NCBI RefSeq assembly: GCF_009914755.1
Contig: NC_060931.1
Origin: the human T2T-CHM13v2.0 reference genome, Homo sapiens
Length of the DNA: 64,000 bases
Direction: 5' to 3' (one strand)
Positions within the stretch are counted from its first letter, which is position 1, and every line of letters starts with the position of its first letter. The translations under genes and the position numbers were made by a program. Below, piece after piece: positions 1-13,558 of the stretch. The notes under the pieces are model-generated. The model saw only the letters and a list, made by a program, of their open reading frames with translations. It was not told the DNA's origin and ran no database searches.

Positions 1-354
1 TGATGAGTGCTCTCAAATTTTGTCAGGCAGACTGCTGCCTCCCTTTCCGCTCTGGGCACATTCTCACAAACTCAAGGGACCTGGAGCATCAGGGCTTCTC
101 CTGGCTTGGTGTTAAAGGTACACTGACACATGCTATCTTTGACCCTTCACACAGGACTCCATGGGACACCAGTCTTCTATAGTGCAATTCACTTGTCTTG
201 ACCTTCTTGCTCATGCAATTTGACCTTAGCTACCTTAGTCCTATGTCCTTTCAGTCACCTATTTTTTCTGGGAGGTGACATTAATAATCTTTGATTATTA
301 AATCTTTTATATGGTGGTTCTTCTTCATTTCAGTCTCAGAGGATAACTTTCTAA

Positions 355-666
<312 letters not shown>

Positions 667-1374
667 TGTTTCCAAGTTCTTCTTACTTTGCTCTCTTTTA
701 ATTATCTTTGTGTCAAAACATAGATCAAAATTTTCTGTTACATAATATGGGACCCCTCACACAACTGTCAGTGCTGTATTAAGTGAAGACAAGAGGGATT
801 CAACTTTTCACTATACAACTAAACTCTTTAAGAATTTGTCATCCAACAATTTTTCCTCTAGCCACTGTGAATTTCTTATGGTTCTTTCCTTAAGTTTGGT
901 TACAATAATCAGACCTCCACTCAAATTGCTTAAGTAAAAAGGGAGAAATCTCAGGAGGTTACCTCTTACAGAAATATGACTTGACCACAAAAGAACCGGA
1001 ACTAGAATTTGGAGGTGGTTCCTAAACCTGTTCTTTGCATTTCTGAGTGGTTGGATAGTCTGTCTCTCCTACTGATTATCAGGGATGACTGGTTACCTCA
1101 TCTTCACAAATGGAGATGACTGTTTCCAACTCCTCTCACTTTGGTCACTTTTAGTGTGTGTGGCCCAACTTGCCACCAGCTCCACATCTATAGGATCTAG
1201 ATAACCCCATGGCTCCATATTACAAAAATAATTTAAGATTAGCATCAAGATGTTTGCATAAGATGTTTGTGAGAGATAAAATGAGACTAAAATAAACACT
1301 GCAATGGTACTTATTAGGATTGAGGTGTAAATATGACTCTGAATTTCATAGGTTTTTTTGTCTTAGATAAGAAA

Positions 1375-1662
1375 GCCATGCGACAAGAGAGGCAGAGTCA
1401 GAGAAGATGCTACGCTGATGGCTTTGAAAACTGAAAGGGTCACAAGTCAAATAAGATGGGCAGACTCTCTGTCTCTGGAGTCTTCCTCAAGAAAACTTCT
1501 AGAGTTTTCCTAGCTTCTAAGCCAGGAAATGTGAGGAAACAGACCCTCTTCTGGAGCCCCCAGAAGGAACCAGCCCTGTGAATGCCTTGGTTTTAGCCCA
1601 GTAAGCTTCATTTCAAACTTCTGACCTCTAGAACTATAAAAGAATAAATTTGTGTTGATTTT
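1375..1662 (+). mobile_element. MaLR LTR fragment (MLT1D-like)
   Basis: gagcccccagaaggaaccagccctg...ttctgacctctagaactataaaagaataaatttgtgttg resembles the MLT1 3' half. Confidence 0.75.
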
Positions 1663-1690
1663 TAAAAAATCTACTATTCTTTATATATAG

Positions 1691-1694
<4 letters not shown>

Positions 1695-1725
<31 letters not shown>
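1695..1725. repeat. (AC)15 microsatellite
   Basis: Pure AC run read directly. Confidence 0.97.
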
Positions 1726-1726
<1 letters not shown>

Positions 1727-2190
1727 TGTATTCACAACCTAGCGATGCTATAACAATACCGTAAACTGTTTAAAATAGAAATTTTTTGTCTCACAGTTTC
1801 AGAGGCTGGAAGTCTGAAGTCATGCTGTTGGCCGACCCACATTCCCTCTGAAACTGATAGGGGAATCCTCTGCCTCTTCCTGGCCTCTGCTGGTTTCCAG
1901 CAATCCTTGGCGCTGCTTGGCTGGCAGATGCATGATTCCAACCTTTCATCTTCACACAGCATTCTCTCCGAGCATCTTCACATCATCTTCCCTGTGTGTC
2001 TGATTCTGTGTCCAAATTTCTTTTTTCACAAGGCTACCAGTCATACCAGATTAGGGCCTGCCCTAATGACCTCATTGTAACTTTCTTATCTCTGTGAAGA
2101 CCCTATTTCCAAATCCAGTCCCCTTCTGAGGGACTAGGGGCTGGGACTTCAACATATCTTTTCTGAGGGGACATAATTCAACCCATAAAA
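1727..2190 (-). mobile_element. MaLR LTR (MLT1C-like)
   Basis: tctcacagtttcagaggctggaagtc...gaagaccctatttccaaat...ggggacataattcaacccata. Confidence 0.8.
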
Positions 2191-2259
2191 CATACATCTA
2201 CAGATAATTTTATGTAGAGGCCTAAATATGGCCATATGCATACATTTTCATTTATTTTT

Positions 2260-3830
2260 AGTGACTTTTTAAACTTCTTTTAACTGAGCTCTGTCCTTCC
2301 CTTCTTCTCCCTCTTTCAACGTCAGCAGCCTTCCCTCCTCCCCGACCATGGCAACCAATCTCAACAACCTAATATGCATCCTCTGTCCAGCTCTCTGTAC
2401 TTAGATAATCCCATACAGATGTACACACACAGAGTTTATCATTTTTTCCCTCAATAGGATATATGTGCTCTTTTTTCCTTCAGTAGTATCTTATGGGAAT
2501 CCCTCCAAATCATTTGGTTTAACTGTAATTCATATTTTTATTCATTAAAAATATTACTTTGTTTGAGAAATATTATAAATTATTAAGCCACTGCTTGGTT
2601 GATGAGCATTCTCTTTTTTCCTGTTTTTACTCTCTGAACAATGCTGCAGCAAACCTCTGTGTTCGTATGTCCTTAACACTACCCTTTTATTTCTACTGGG
2701 CTACACTCCAAAGAGTGCAATTGCTGGAACGAGGGGTACGTGTCCTTTTAATTTTAATAGATATTGTCAAATGTATTTCCCAAAAGATTTTTAGCACATC
2801 ACAGTTCACCAGCAGAGTATCAGAGTACATTCCTGTCAGGACTCTGAGCCCAAGCTAAGCCGTCACATCCCCGGTGACCTGCACATATACATCCAGATGG
2901 CCTGAAGCAACTGAAGATCCACAAAAGATAACATTCCACCATTGTGATCTGTTCCTGCCCCACCCTAACTGATCAATTGACTTTGTGACAATACACCCTC
3001 CCCGCCCTTGCGATAACGTACTTTGTGATATTCCGCCGCCCTCGAGAATGTACTTTGTAATATTCTCCCCCACCCTTAAGAAGGTACTTTGTAATATTCT
3101 TCCCATCCTTGAGAATGTACTTTGTAAGATCCACCCCCTGCCCACAAAAATTGCTCCTAACTCCACCGCCTATCCCAAACCTATAAGAACTAATGATAAT
3201 CCCACCACCCTTTGCTGACTCCTTTTTCAGACTCAGCCCGCCTGCACCCAGGTGAAAAAAACAGCCTTGTTGCTCACACAAAGCCTGTTTGATGGACTCT
3301 CTTCACACGGACGCATGTCACAATTCCTATCTCCAACACTAGCATATGATATTATAGCTCTTTTCTCCAGTCTAAGTGTAAAATGGTGTTCTATTGTTAA
3401 CTTCCATTTGCTTTTTTCTGACCACTAGTGAATATGAGCATGTGGGCTAGCCGTTTCAATGTCTGTGAAGTGTTTATCCTTTGTGCATCTTTATCTCATC
3501 ATTTTGCCCTTTTCTCATCAAATTTAAGAGCTTTTATCATAGGCATAAACTGTCACTTGCATTACAAATGTACTTTTCTTATTTTGTATTAACCTGTTGA
3601 CTTTATAATTTTAAAAGTCTTTCCTTTCCTTCTTTTATAGCTTCTAGTCACAGTTTAAAAGGTCTCTCCCACCCCTAGAATATACACATAGCCTGCCAGA
3701 TTTTTAAACAATACCTTGTTATATTTTTTACATTTAAAATTTTAATCTGAAATGGATTTTTCCATGCGGCATAAGGAGTCCATATTTATTTTCTTCCAAA
3801 TGGAGAGCCAGTTGGGCCAGTGCCATCTAT
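2260..3830 (-). mobile_element. Old L1M 3' fragment, split by the LTR7C
   Basis: acaatgctgcagcaaac, attgctggaacgaggggta, ttttaatagatattgtcaaat; continues after 3327. Confidence 0.6.
2834..3322 (+). mobile_element. Solo HERV-H LTR (LTR7 family, LTR7C-like)
   Basis: Starts TGTCAGG.CTCTGAGCCCAAGCTAAGCC, ends TGTCACA; perfect 5-bp TSD ATTCC (2829-2833, 3323-3327); TATAA at 3182; no PBS or internal sequence follows. Confidence 0.93.
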
Positions 3831-4318
3831 CATACATCTTTTCCCCATTGTTTTATATTAAAGTCTCATTTATACTGGGATTTGTATCTGGCTATTTCTA
3901 GCAGCCACTGTAAAGAGGAAACACAAATGCCTGGAAGGGTAACCAACATTTTAGCCATTGTAATTTTGAGGTGTTGAGAATTTAGGTAATTATTCTTCAT
4001 TGCTTTGCTGTATGGTTTTTTTCCATAATAAACATGCATTATTGGTGTTACAAAAATAAATGGATGGTGGGGGGCAGGGGGAGGACCAGTAAACACAATT
4101 AGTTTCATCATTCATAGTGTCTGTCCCGGGACAAATACAAGCCAGCAACTACCAGCAGCAGCATTGCTATTCCTGGAATGGAGACCTGAGAAGATTTTAC
4201 CCTCAGGGAGAAATGTAATAGGGTTGTTCCCAGAGACACTGGAAAATCTCTTTAAATGCCAGCTTGCCGGAGGTGGGGACTGATTAAGTTTTGGGAAGTC
4301 ATTTCATTCAGTAAGCTC

Positions 4319-4573
4319 ATTGTGAAATAAGCATGAGGTGGTGATTTAATGTGTGATTGGCAGGCATTGCATATTCAAGCACAAGGAGTTTAATTGATTG
4401 GAAGAGCAGGTTGCCCTGAGCTGATGCAATAAATACTAAGGTTGAGTGTGCTGTTTGAAACTAGTGAAGTGATGCAATCATCTCCCATGTTCAGCAGCAG
4501 CCTAATTGCTGGCAAGAATTTAAATGCTTAAAACGGTACTTGGATGATTACAGAGCACATTCAAATTATGTAA
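4319..4573. promoter_or_regulatory. Candidate enhancer: bZIP motif cluster (2x CARE, C/EBP, D-box)
   Basis: ATTGTGAAAT 4319-4328, TGATGCAAT 4422-4430 and 4470-4478, TTATGTAA 4566-4573 in non-repeat DNA; function inferred only. Confidence 0.4.
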
Positions 4574-4990
4574 AAGTGACCAGATCCCATAGCTCCAGGG
4601 CACAGCATCTGTCCTTAAGTGATAAGGGTCAGTTAAAGCTCTAAAACTGTAAACAGTGCATTGGCCCCATTGAAGCCCCTGGAGGAAATTTGCAGAGTCA
4701 CAGCCATCTGCTGCCTAAAATAACAAGTAGCAGGGTCCCTTCCCAGCGCAAAATGGCCACCTAGCAGCACAGCCCAAGGTGACCTGCACAGGCTCCCAGC
4801 CTTTTCCACCTTGCACATTACCTTAGGGAAGGTCAAAGTATGAGTATTAGCCAAAACCTTCTACAGTCCCCTTGAAGGCCTGGGATTTGCAGGAACTAGT
4901 GTCTGCTGCAAATAAAAGTACATACTGGGATTCCAGTTCATGCCGGAGGAACCCTAAAACAGTAGTGAATGGTTTCCCCAAGCCTGCTTA

Positions 4991-5421
4991 TGTTAGATAT
5001 GAGTTCTAAATTTCAAAGAATATGTCAGTATGTTCAATTATTTGTCTTCTACTTTTAAACTTCCTCATAAAGCAACCTTTTCCGATTACATTCTCCACCC
5101 TGACTCATTCTGATTACCTGCTCTGTCATAACCATTTTTCCCGCCAAACCACTCACCCCCGCCACTCTCTTTAAGTTAGCCAATCGGAATTAGTTTAGCC
5201 TGTGCTGTCTAACCCTAGCCAATAGAGGAACGACACAGCAGAGGGGCCACGTGCCCATCAGGGACAAGAACCCCTTCCTTTCCCTTGTCCAAGTGTGCGC
5301 TCATCATTGCTCCATCTGTAAGGGCACACTCTTCTGTAGAAGTAACTTGCCTTGCTGAGAATTAAAAATAAAATTTTATATTCGCGTGCTATTTCTTTTG
5401 CGGCACCAAAACTTTATAACA
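4991..5421 (+). mobile_element. Solo HERV-I LTR (LTR10A/F-like)
   Basis: Starts TGTTAGATATGAGTTCTAAATTTC, contains ctccaccctgactcattc and two CCAAT boxes, ends TATAACA; flanks ctta/atta as a near 4-bp TSD. Confidence 0.88.
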
Positions 5422-6944
5422 ATTAGAGTAAGTACAACATCACATTTCTTGGCACAGCTTTCTACTCCCCCCACCCCCCACCCAAGTGTGCAAATAGCAG
5501 AATGCCAAAGCTGGGCTCAGTAAGTCAGTGGGGAGCCAGAACTGAGTGGCCCATGTAGGCTGCTCGCTGAGGGTCTGCAAACCCAAAGATAAATTTTAAA
5601 GTATCAGGATTACATCTCTTTCAGGTAATTCTCCTTAAAACAGAATTCTTCATAACTGAGTCTATAAACACTGTTGGCCCTCAGTGAGTTTGAGATGATA
5701 TTCTATGATGCTGATGAAATACAAAACTATATTTCCACAGTCGGTTGATGCCCTCCTTATGACAGCCAGAGAGCCTCATGATGTCTCAGTGGAAGGCTAC
5801 TCCACCTTCATCTACAGGTGGTCTGAGGGAGGAGGATCAGGGTCAGGGCCAAGAAATTTTGGGTGGGGAAGGGCAAGCAGGGACCCAGCAGTTTTTATCT
5901 TCTCCATTTCAACAGATCTTGAGGCTCTAGAGTTTTACTTGATCAGAGTCATAATCCCAGTCTTGAGCATTTTAAAGCAGGTGTTCCCACGTATCCACCT
6001 TGACCAATAAATAAAAATCTCCTATATGTCTTTTAACATAGAGAAATACATTAGAATTTCCTGGCCTGGAATACCTTCCAAGACAAACTGGTCAGGAGAT
6101 AAAATGCCTAAATATTGGGGGGCGTCTTCCAAAAATTCTAATTTTGGTTTTGGAATTATGTATATTGAACCCATTATTTAGCTAAGAAATGAATGACAGG
6201 ATGAAAAGGGTGTTTCCCCTTCCAGGTGGCCAACAATCTTTGATTCCAAATATTTAATTAGGCTGGCTGAGTTTTTTCACTTGTGATTGGTTTTTTGCTT
6301 CTGTTTCCCCTTTCCTGGTTTTTGGCTGCAGAACAGTCCTTACAAGACTCAGCACTTGAAACTTGAGTCCCAGATGTGCCAGACTAAAATGCAGAAAAAA
6401 AACCCGATCTTTAAATTATTAGCAACACCCTTGATAGCAGATGAGAAATTTCCTCTTCAAAGACACAGGAAGTGGACTTGTATACAGTTCAAATGCAGCA
6501 GCAGGGCATTGAGAGAGTTTGAAAACCTCCAGGTCCTGAATGAACACAGCCTGTCCTCCAGGGTCAGGAACTCAGTGTCTTCCAAGGCCGACCTTCCAAC
6601 TTGGTTGAACTCTATTTCCTGATGTGCTGAGATAACGCAATAAAGTTGCAAGTAGCCCTCCTCCCCCCGCCCCACACTCCCCCCCACACACACTCTTGCC
6701 TGTCCTCTCCCCAGTCCTACCTGTCAGGACAGTTCTCAGGTTTCCTATAAGAGAAACAGGTGGGAAGGCGGAGGAGAGGGATGCTTTGGTTGGGGAGAAT
6801 GGTGCTGAGGGCAGCCCTGGCATGGGAATGACAGAGGGTAGGAAGTTGCTGAAGACTTCTGCATAGCCCTCGTGTGGAACAAGAAAACCAAGGGCTTTAT
6901 TTATTCTGACCTGTCTTGGTGGCATAGACAGCGTCTGAGTGGAC

Positions 6945-7440
6945 ATCTGCTCTGTTCACCTGTCCATCCCTCATTCCCCCTTCTTCAGCTAAGCAGCTGG
7001 AGTTTTTATTTTGGGGAACCACCTCATTCTCAGACTATGAGCTTTAGGCAGGGGGCTCCTTCCCCTACACCCCCCTGCCCATGTTCAGGGTGACATGGAA
7101 CTCAGGCTGAGCCAATCAGCATCATTCTCCTGGGTCACAGAGTTTTATTGGAAGGCGATCCCTGGAGGGTGCTACCTTAGTGAATGGGTGACCTGTAGGA
7201 GTGTGAATTGGAGCCACCGAGCTTGCATCCCCAATGCCTGTCCTCTAAGAGCCCACCATGGGGAAAGACAGCAGTGGATGCAGAGGCCAGGAATGGAGAT
7301 GGACTTCTACAACCATGATGTGAACCCAGGAGTGACTGAAGTCACTCTAGCCCTGGCTTCTGAGGTTGTGCTATAAATTCTCCCTTTATTTTTTCTAATC
7401 TGTCCTAAGGTTCCGTTCCTTGTAACCAAACATTTCCTGA
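6945..7440 (+). mobile_element. Old MaLR LTR (MLT1K/L-like)
   Basis: ctcaggctgagccaatcagcatc...ataaattctcccttt...ttccttgtaaccaaa. Confidence 0.55.
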
Positions 7441-7649
7441 TTCATCTAGTGGTCTTTTGACCACATTGCTTTGGGAGCTGAGCTGTTTGAGTGTGAAACA
7501 TACCTGCATGAAGCTTCCTCTCATTGGAACTGACAGTAAGTCTCTTCCCTTAGACAGGTGACTTCTGTCAGCTTCCCTAACTTCCTCCTCTTCAGGTTAA
7601 CACTCCCAGTTCCTTGTAATACTTTTCACAGGAGTTTCTCGGATGCTGA

Positions 7650-7985
<336 letters not shown>

Positions 7986-8004
7986 CTTCACTTTTCTTAA
8001 GTAT

Positions 8005-8215
8005 CTTTCACCCAGACCTACTCTGTCTCAGGCACTATTCTAAGCATTTGGACTCATGCAACCCTCACTTTCTGACCATTTCACAGATGGAAAAATTGTG
8101 CATGAAGGGGTTAGGTATGCAAACTGCTCAAGGTCACTACCTGATAAGGTAAGTGGCAGATGGATTCAAACCCATCTTGCTGCCTCCAGAGTTCATGTTC
8201 TTACCAGGACCCCAC
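8005..8215 (-). mobile_element. MIR
   Basis: ccatttcacagatggaaaa...tcaaggtcac...ggattcaaaccca. Confidence 0.7.
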
Positions 8216-8699
8216 ACTGTCTCTTCAGGGCACACTCCTCTAAACATAATTAAGTTTGTCTTTAGCTCTTTCAGAGAGTATTTCCTAAATCTAAATGCAG
8301 CATTCAGCTGTGGTCTGAGCTCTGGAGTGCTGTGTGGCCATTCCCTCCCTAACTGGAGAGTCTGTCATTCATTTATGCTGCCTGCGATGGCATGGCATTT
8401 TTGGCCACCACTGCCCACTGTTGACTCACCTCGAGCTTACTGTACCTGGTTAATATATGTCTGTGCATCTTCCATTGTAGTCCATTCACATTTTTGTCTG
8501 TCTTCATCCAAAACTTTTACTGGGTGTAGATTTGGTATGCTTTAATGATGTTTGTTCAAAGAACACAAACATGAAAATTCAGATGTCAAGTTCTCTCCTC
8601 AAAAGGGTGTGGAGTTTCTTATCTCCGAGTTGCTTTTCTTCTCTTTGGGAAAATGAGAACTAGTTAGAACTCCTCAGTGCTCACTTAAAACAAAAAGAA

Positions 8700-8830
8700 G
8701 GCTGGATGCAGTGGCTCATGCCTGTAATCCTAGCACTTGGGGAGGCCAAGGTGGGAGGATTGCTTAAGGTGAGTCAGAGACCAGCCTGGACAACATAGTG
8801 AGATCCCATCTCTAGAAAAAAAATAAAAAG
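8700..8830 (+). mobile_element. Alu left monomer (FLAM-like)
   Basis: ggctggatgcagtggctcatgcctgtaatcc...catctctagaaaaaaaa with no right arm. Confidence 0.85.
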
Positions 8831-9812
8831 CTAAAAAGAGAGGGGGAAAAAAAAGAAAAGGGCATTCTAAGGAAGAAGAACCACATGAACCACTAAATTA
8901 GAGGTTCCTACCTGCAAGTCATAGCAGCATGACCCAAGTCATTTGCTACTTGTATATATTTGCAGATAAGGTACTTTAATGATTGTGTATAACTTAGAAA
9001 AGATGGAAGTTTTCCCTTGAGTAATAGTGCTCTCACCCACTGGCCTTCTTTCTGCTGTTTCCTCTAAGAGGGAAAGGAAGGAGGCAGTGTACCCAGGATT
9101 ATAGCCAGCAGGAGTGAACACACTCACACACTTCACAAAGGAGTGAACAGTCCTCCACCATTTGTACATGGCATAACAAGGGCGGGAACTGCTGCACCGG
9201 ACCTGAAGCCCCTTAAAGAGGGAGGATGGGATCTTATTTGCCTTTGTGTTTGCAGAGCTTGCTTCAAAGTCTAGCAATAGAAGGTGCTCAATATATGAGT
9301 GACAAATGAACAAAGATGTAGATGAATAGGTATATCAGTGGGAACAAGTTTGGTGCCATTGTCCTGGGATGATAAGGAGAGTAACGTGAGAGAAAGGTCA
9401 TCTTGGGTCATCGGAGAAGGTAGCAGTGGCTGGCAAAGCAGAGTCACTGAATGTTAGGCAAGAGTGTTGGTAGTGAACAACCTGTAGGGTGGCAGGAGAA
9501 CCGAGCTGGGCCTTAGGATACCAGAACTCTAATCCCAGTTCAGCCACTCACTCACTCTGTCATTTCCCCACAAAAGGCTTCTGTTTGCTCAAAGATGAAT
9601 AAATCATAACTTGGGTTTCTTCCCCAACTGAAATTTTGAGATGCAAGACTTCTAGGCATTTAGTAGGACAGAGAAAGCCATTGGTGGCACTCACAGCCTC
9701 CGTGCAGGATGGCGCTTCCCTTCCTGGCACACAGCACCTCGTTGCTTTGTGGGTGAGTCTTCATTCTCCAGCCTGACTGTCCTCCAGGTTAGAGATTTTC
9801 TCAAATTTCTTA

Positions 9813-10712
<900 letters not shown>

Positions 10713-10864
10713 GAGGGAAATGTGAACGTTTTCAGGCAGGACAGGCACTGCCCGTATTAGGCCCACAACTTCTCATTGTCCACCACTAGGTTTGATGTGC
10801 TCGGTTCTGCTACATTTCTGTGGCTTGGTTAAGCCATAGTTGTCATTCAAGTTATTAACTAATT

Positions 10865-11045
10865 GGACAGCAAGAACATAAGGCTGAGTATCAGAAGTTG
10901 TGGCCCTTAACTCTAGCACTAACCAGTGATAAGACTGTGGACATGTCCGTTGACCTCATTTGGCCTCCCTTTCTTTGTAAAATCAAGGGGTTATACCAGA
11001 CTGTCTCCAAGGACCCTTTCTACTTGAGAATACCATGGCTCTGTG
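10865..11045 (+). mobile_element. MIR (MIR3/MIRc-like)
   Basis: ctttgtaaaatcaagggg...tctccaaggaccctttc. Confidence 0.55.
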
Positions 11046-13364
11046 ATTGTTTTATTCTATGTAATTTGGGTTTGGATGCTGCATTGGCTATTCCTGCCCT
11101 TGTGGTAGGATGGGAATAGTTCGCAACATCAGCAAACATTCACTAAGTGCCTGCCTGGCACAAGACATGCATGGCCTGGGATGAACAAAGAACTCGGACC
11201 TCAGCCCCTGAACTTGCCATATGGATGCAGTGCTAGAAAAGGCTAATGAGACCTAGATTCTCTTCAGCACCAGCAATGTTATATTTGTCAAAGGCAACTG
11301 ATAACTAATGTGCCAATATAACATTTACACATTGAAAGTTTTATTTGTTCCCTGAACCAAGGAATGGAAATTCTTCTATTGTCTTCCCCTCTACTTTTTA
11401 ATCTCCCCATATTTCCTGACACATTCTAAGGTCTGGATATTAAGAGTTTAAATATTGATTATTGCTTTTCCTTCCTTCTAATAGAAAGCAAATAGCAGTA
11501 TGTATTTTTTAAAAAGAATAATATTTTAACATTTTTCTCCACTGAACTTAGAACAGGGAAGGAAGGTTGGGAGAGAAAAGCAGAACACAGGAACACAACA
11601 CATGGCAGGAAAGACAGAGAAGATAAGAATGTTCCCAAATACAGTTAAAGGCACCAGCTTGGCATTTTCTATTCTGAAGGAACTTTTACCACAGGGAGAG
11701 AGAGACAGGGGTGAGTTGATCAGCTGTGCTAGGGATGGAGCATAATTGTCTCCCTAAATAAGAGCTTTGCCCATTAAAGTGGCATGTAGGTAAGTTTTTA
11801 AAATCACCCTGGTTTTCCAATTTGTAAAACTATATCTTATAAAAAGGAAAACACATCTACAATGTCTATATGCTTCAAACATCTTGTTGTACACAATGTA
11901 TAAAATTTTATCTGTCCATTTAAAAATAAGTATGTACATGTTAAAGAAATTAAATACAATTTTAAAAAAGAAAGACATCATTTTACTATCATAAGAAAAA
12001 CTGTCTGAAGCAGTAATATGTCCTAGTTCACTGGGCATGATCCCTTCAGGATGCAGGCCCTTAACCCATACTGGAGTGGGGGGAATCTCACCAGATTCCC
12101 TGCTGAGGGGAAGCTGTGAAGCAATGTGAATGGCAAGTTCCTAGAGATGCAAAACTCACAACATCAAAAGAAAGGACAATCTAATCTTACCTTGTACCCC
12201 TACATGTTTATGTACTGAGAGGAGATATCCAGGGAAAATACATGGCAGAGAGAAGAGGAGCTCATGGCTCCAAACTGTTTTCGTCACTATTGTAGTAGGG
12301 ACAATTCTTCAAGTCTATAAACAGACTGCAAAATAAATATCGCTGTCTATTGTCTCTGATTTGAATTAATTTCTGGCTAAAGCCACATTCCACTGTAGTG
12401 GTAGAAAATTTAACTTTAGGGTACATTCCCTTTTCCCCATGATGTGCCACAGTTCTGGGGTCCTACAAAGTGCCACTTCTCTGACGTGGGAGTGTCCACG
12501 TGCTCCAGGTGACCATTGAGGCAGCTGCTGTCCAGGCCCACAAGGCGTCATAGTCTGGTGGTCTCCACTGCTGGTGTTCCACAGAATTCTTTGGCCAGGC
12601 TGCCCACAGCCCTTCTGCCTAGACACACTATGCAGCCTCGCCTCTAGGGTCCTGCTACCTCAAGGTATCCCTGCTGTTTCTGGACCCACAGTCCTCTTTT
12701 TCTCCCCCTAACTCTGGAGGGGGTGGTCTTTATCCAGAGTGAAGCTCCAATCTAACATTGGCTTCTTCTACATATTGTTTATATCAGAAAATCTTGTTCT
12801 GCCTCTTCCCTCTTCCCAGACCACTAGGAATTAGGCTTTTGGAAAACAAAAGTCAGCAAGACCACTTCTGTTTTCCAATCTGCCTCATGCCTTCTGAGGC
12901 AAGGAACACGGAGTGGACTGACTGTTTGAATAGAGGTGAGGAAAAAATACACGGAGGGAAAGAAGGAATGTATACCTGGAAGTATTCTGCAGCCACACTA
13001 GCTACCCTTTGTGGATGGCAACCTGGAAAGGGCTGCCTACTCCCACCTCTTGGAAGGGGAGTGTGCTATCAGCACCCCTTCTTAGGGATGTGCATTACTC
13101 TCCCAGCACTAGCAACATGAGAGACTCAATCAGTGTTTGTTCTTTCTTGCCTTCTCTCATGATTACAACACGAAGGTTGAATTTAAAAGCGTTCTGCTCA
13201 AAGAGCAAAATTCCTTCTCTCCTGTCAATTTTACTCTATGACAAACCAAAGAACCACTCATCTACTTTGCTGAGTAGATGCTCAATTGTACATACTGTGT
13301 CAAGAATTTACCTTCATTGCTCTTCATCTACAAATACCTGCCCAACATGTTCAAATTTCTTAAA

Positions 13365-13558
13365 TTTTTTAATGTTTTCATTTAACCCAACATATAAAAA
13401 AACTATTTCAACAAGCAATCAATATAAAGCTATAACTATTTTACATGTTTTATTAAGTCTTTGTAATCTGGGATGTATTTTCATTTATGGCACATCTCAA
13501 TTAGAACTAGTCACCTTTTAAGTTCTCAATACCTACATATGGTTAGTGGCTACTTTGA
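13365..13558 (+). mobile_element. MER33-like hAT-Charlie MITE fragment
   Basis: atttaacccaacatata...gcacatctcaattagaactagtcac...tggttagtggctac. Confidence 0.8.

Noticed and set aside
1-120. TGATGA at the window start as a snoRNA box C
   Set aside because: No suitable box D or terminal stem; lies at the window edge
3018-3135. About 33-bp periodic repeats resembling a CRISPR array
   Set aside because: HERV-H U3 tandem units with no unique spacers, in eukaryotic DNA
3323-4990. Possible provirus between the two LTRs
   Set aside because: The LTRs are from different families, each has its own TSD, and there is no PBS or gag/pol
13009-13521. Longest ORF (170 aa)
   Set aside because: Non-ATG start, runs into MER33, no recognisable domain
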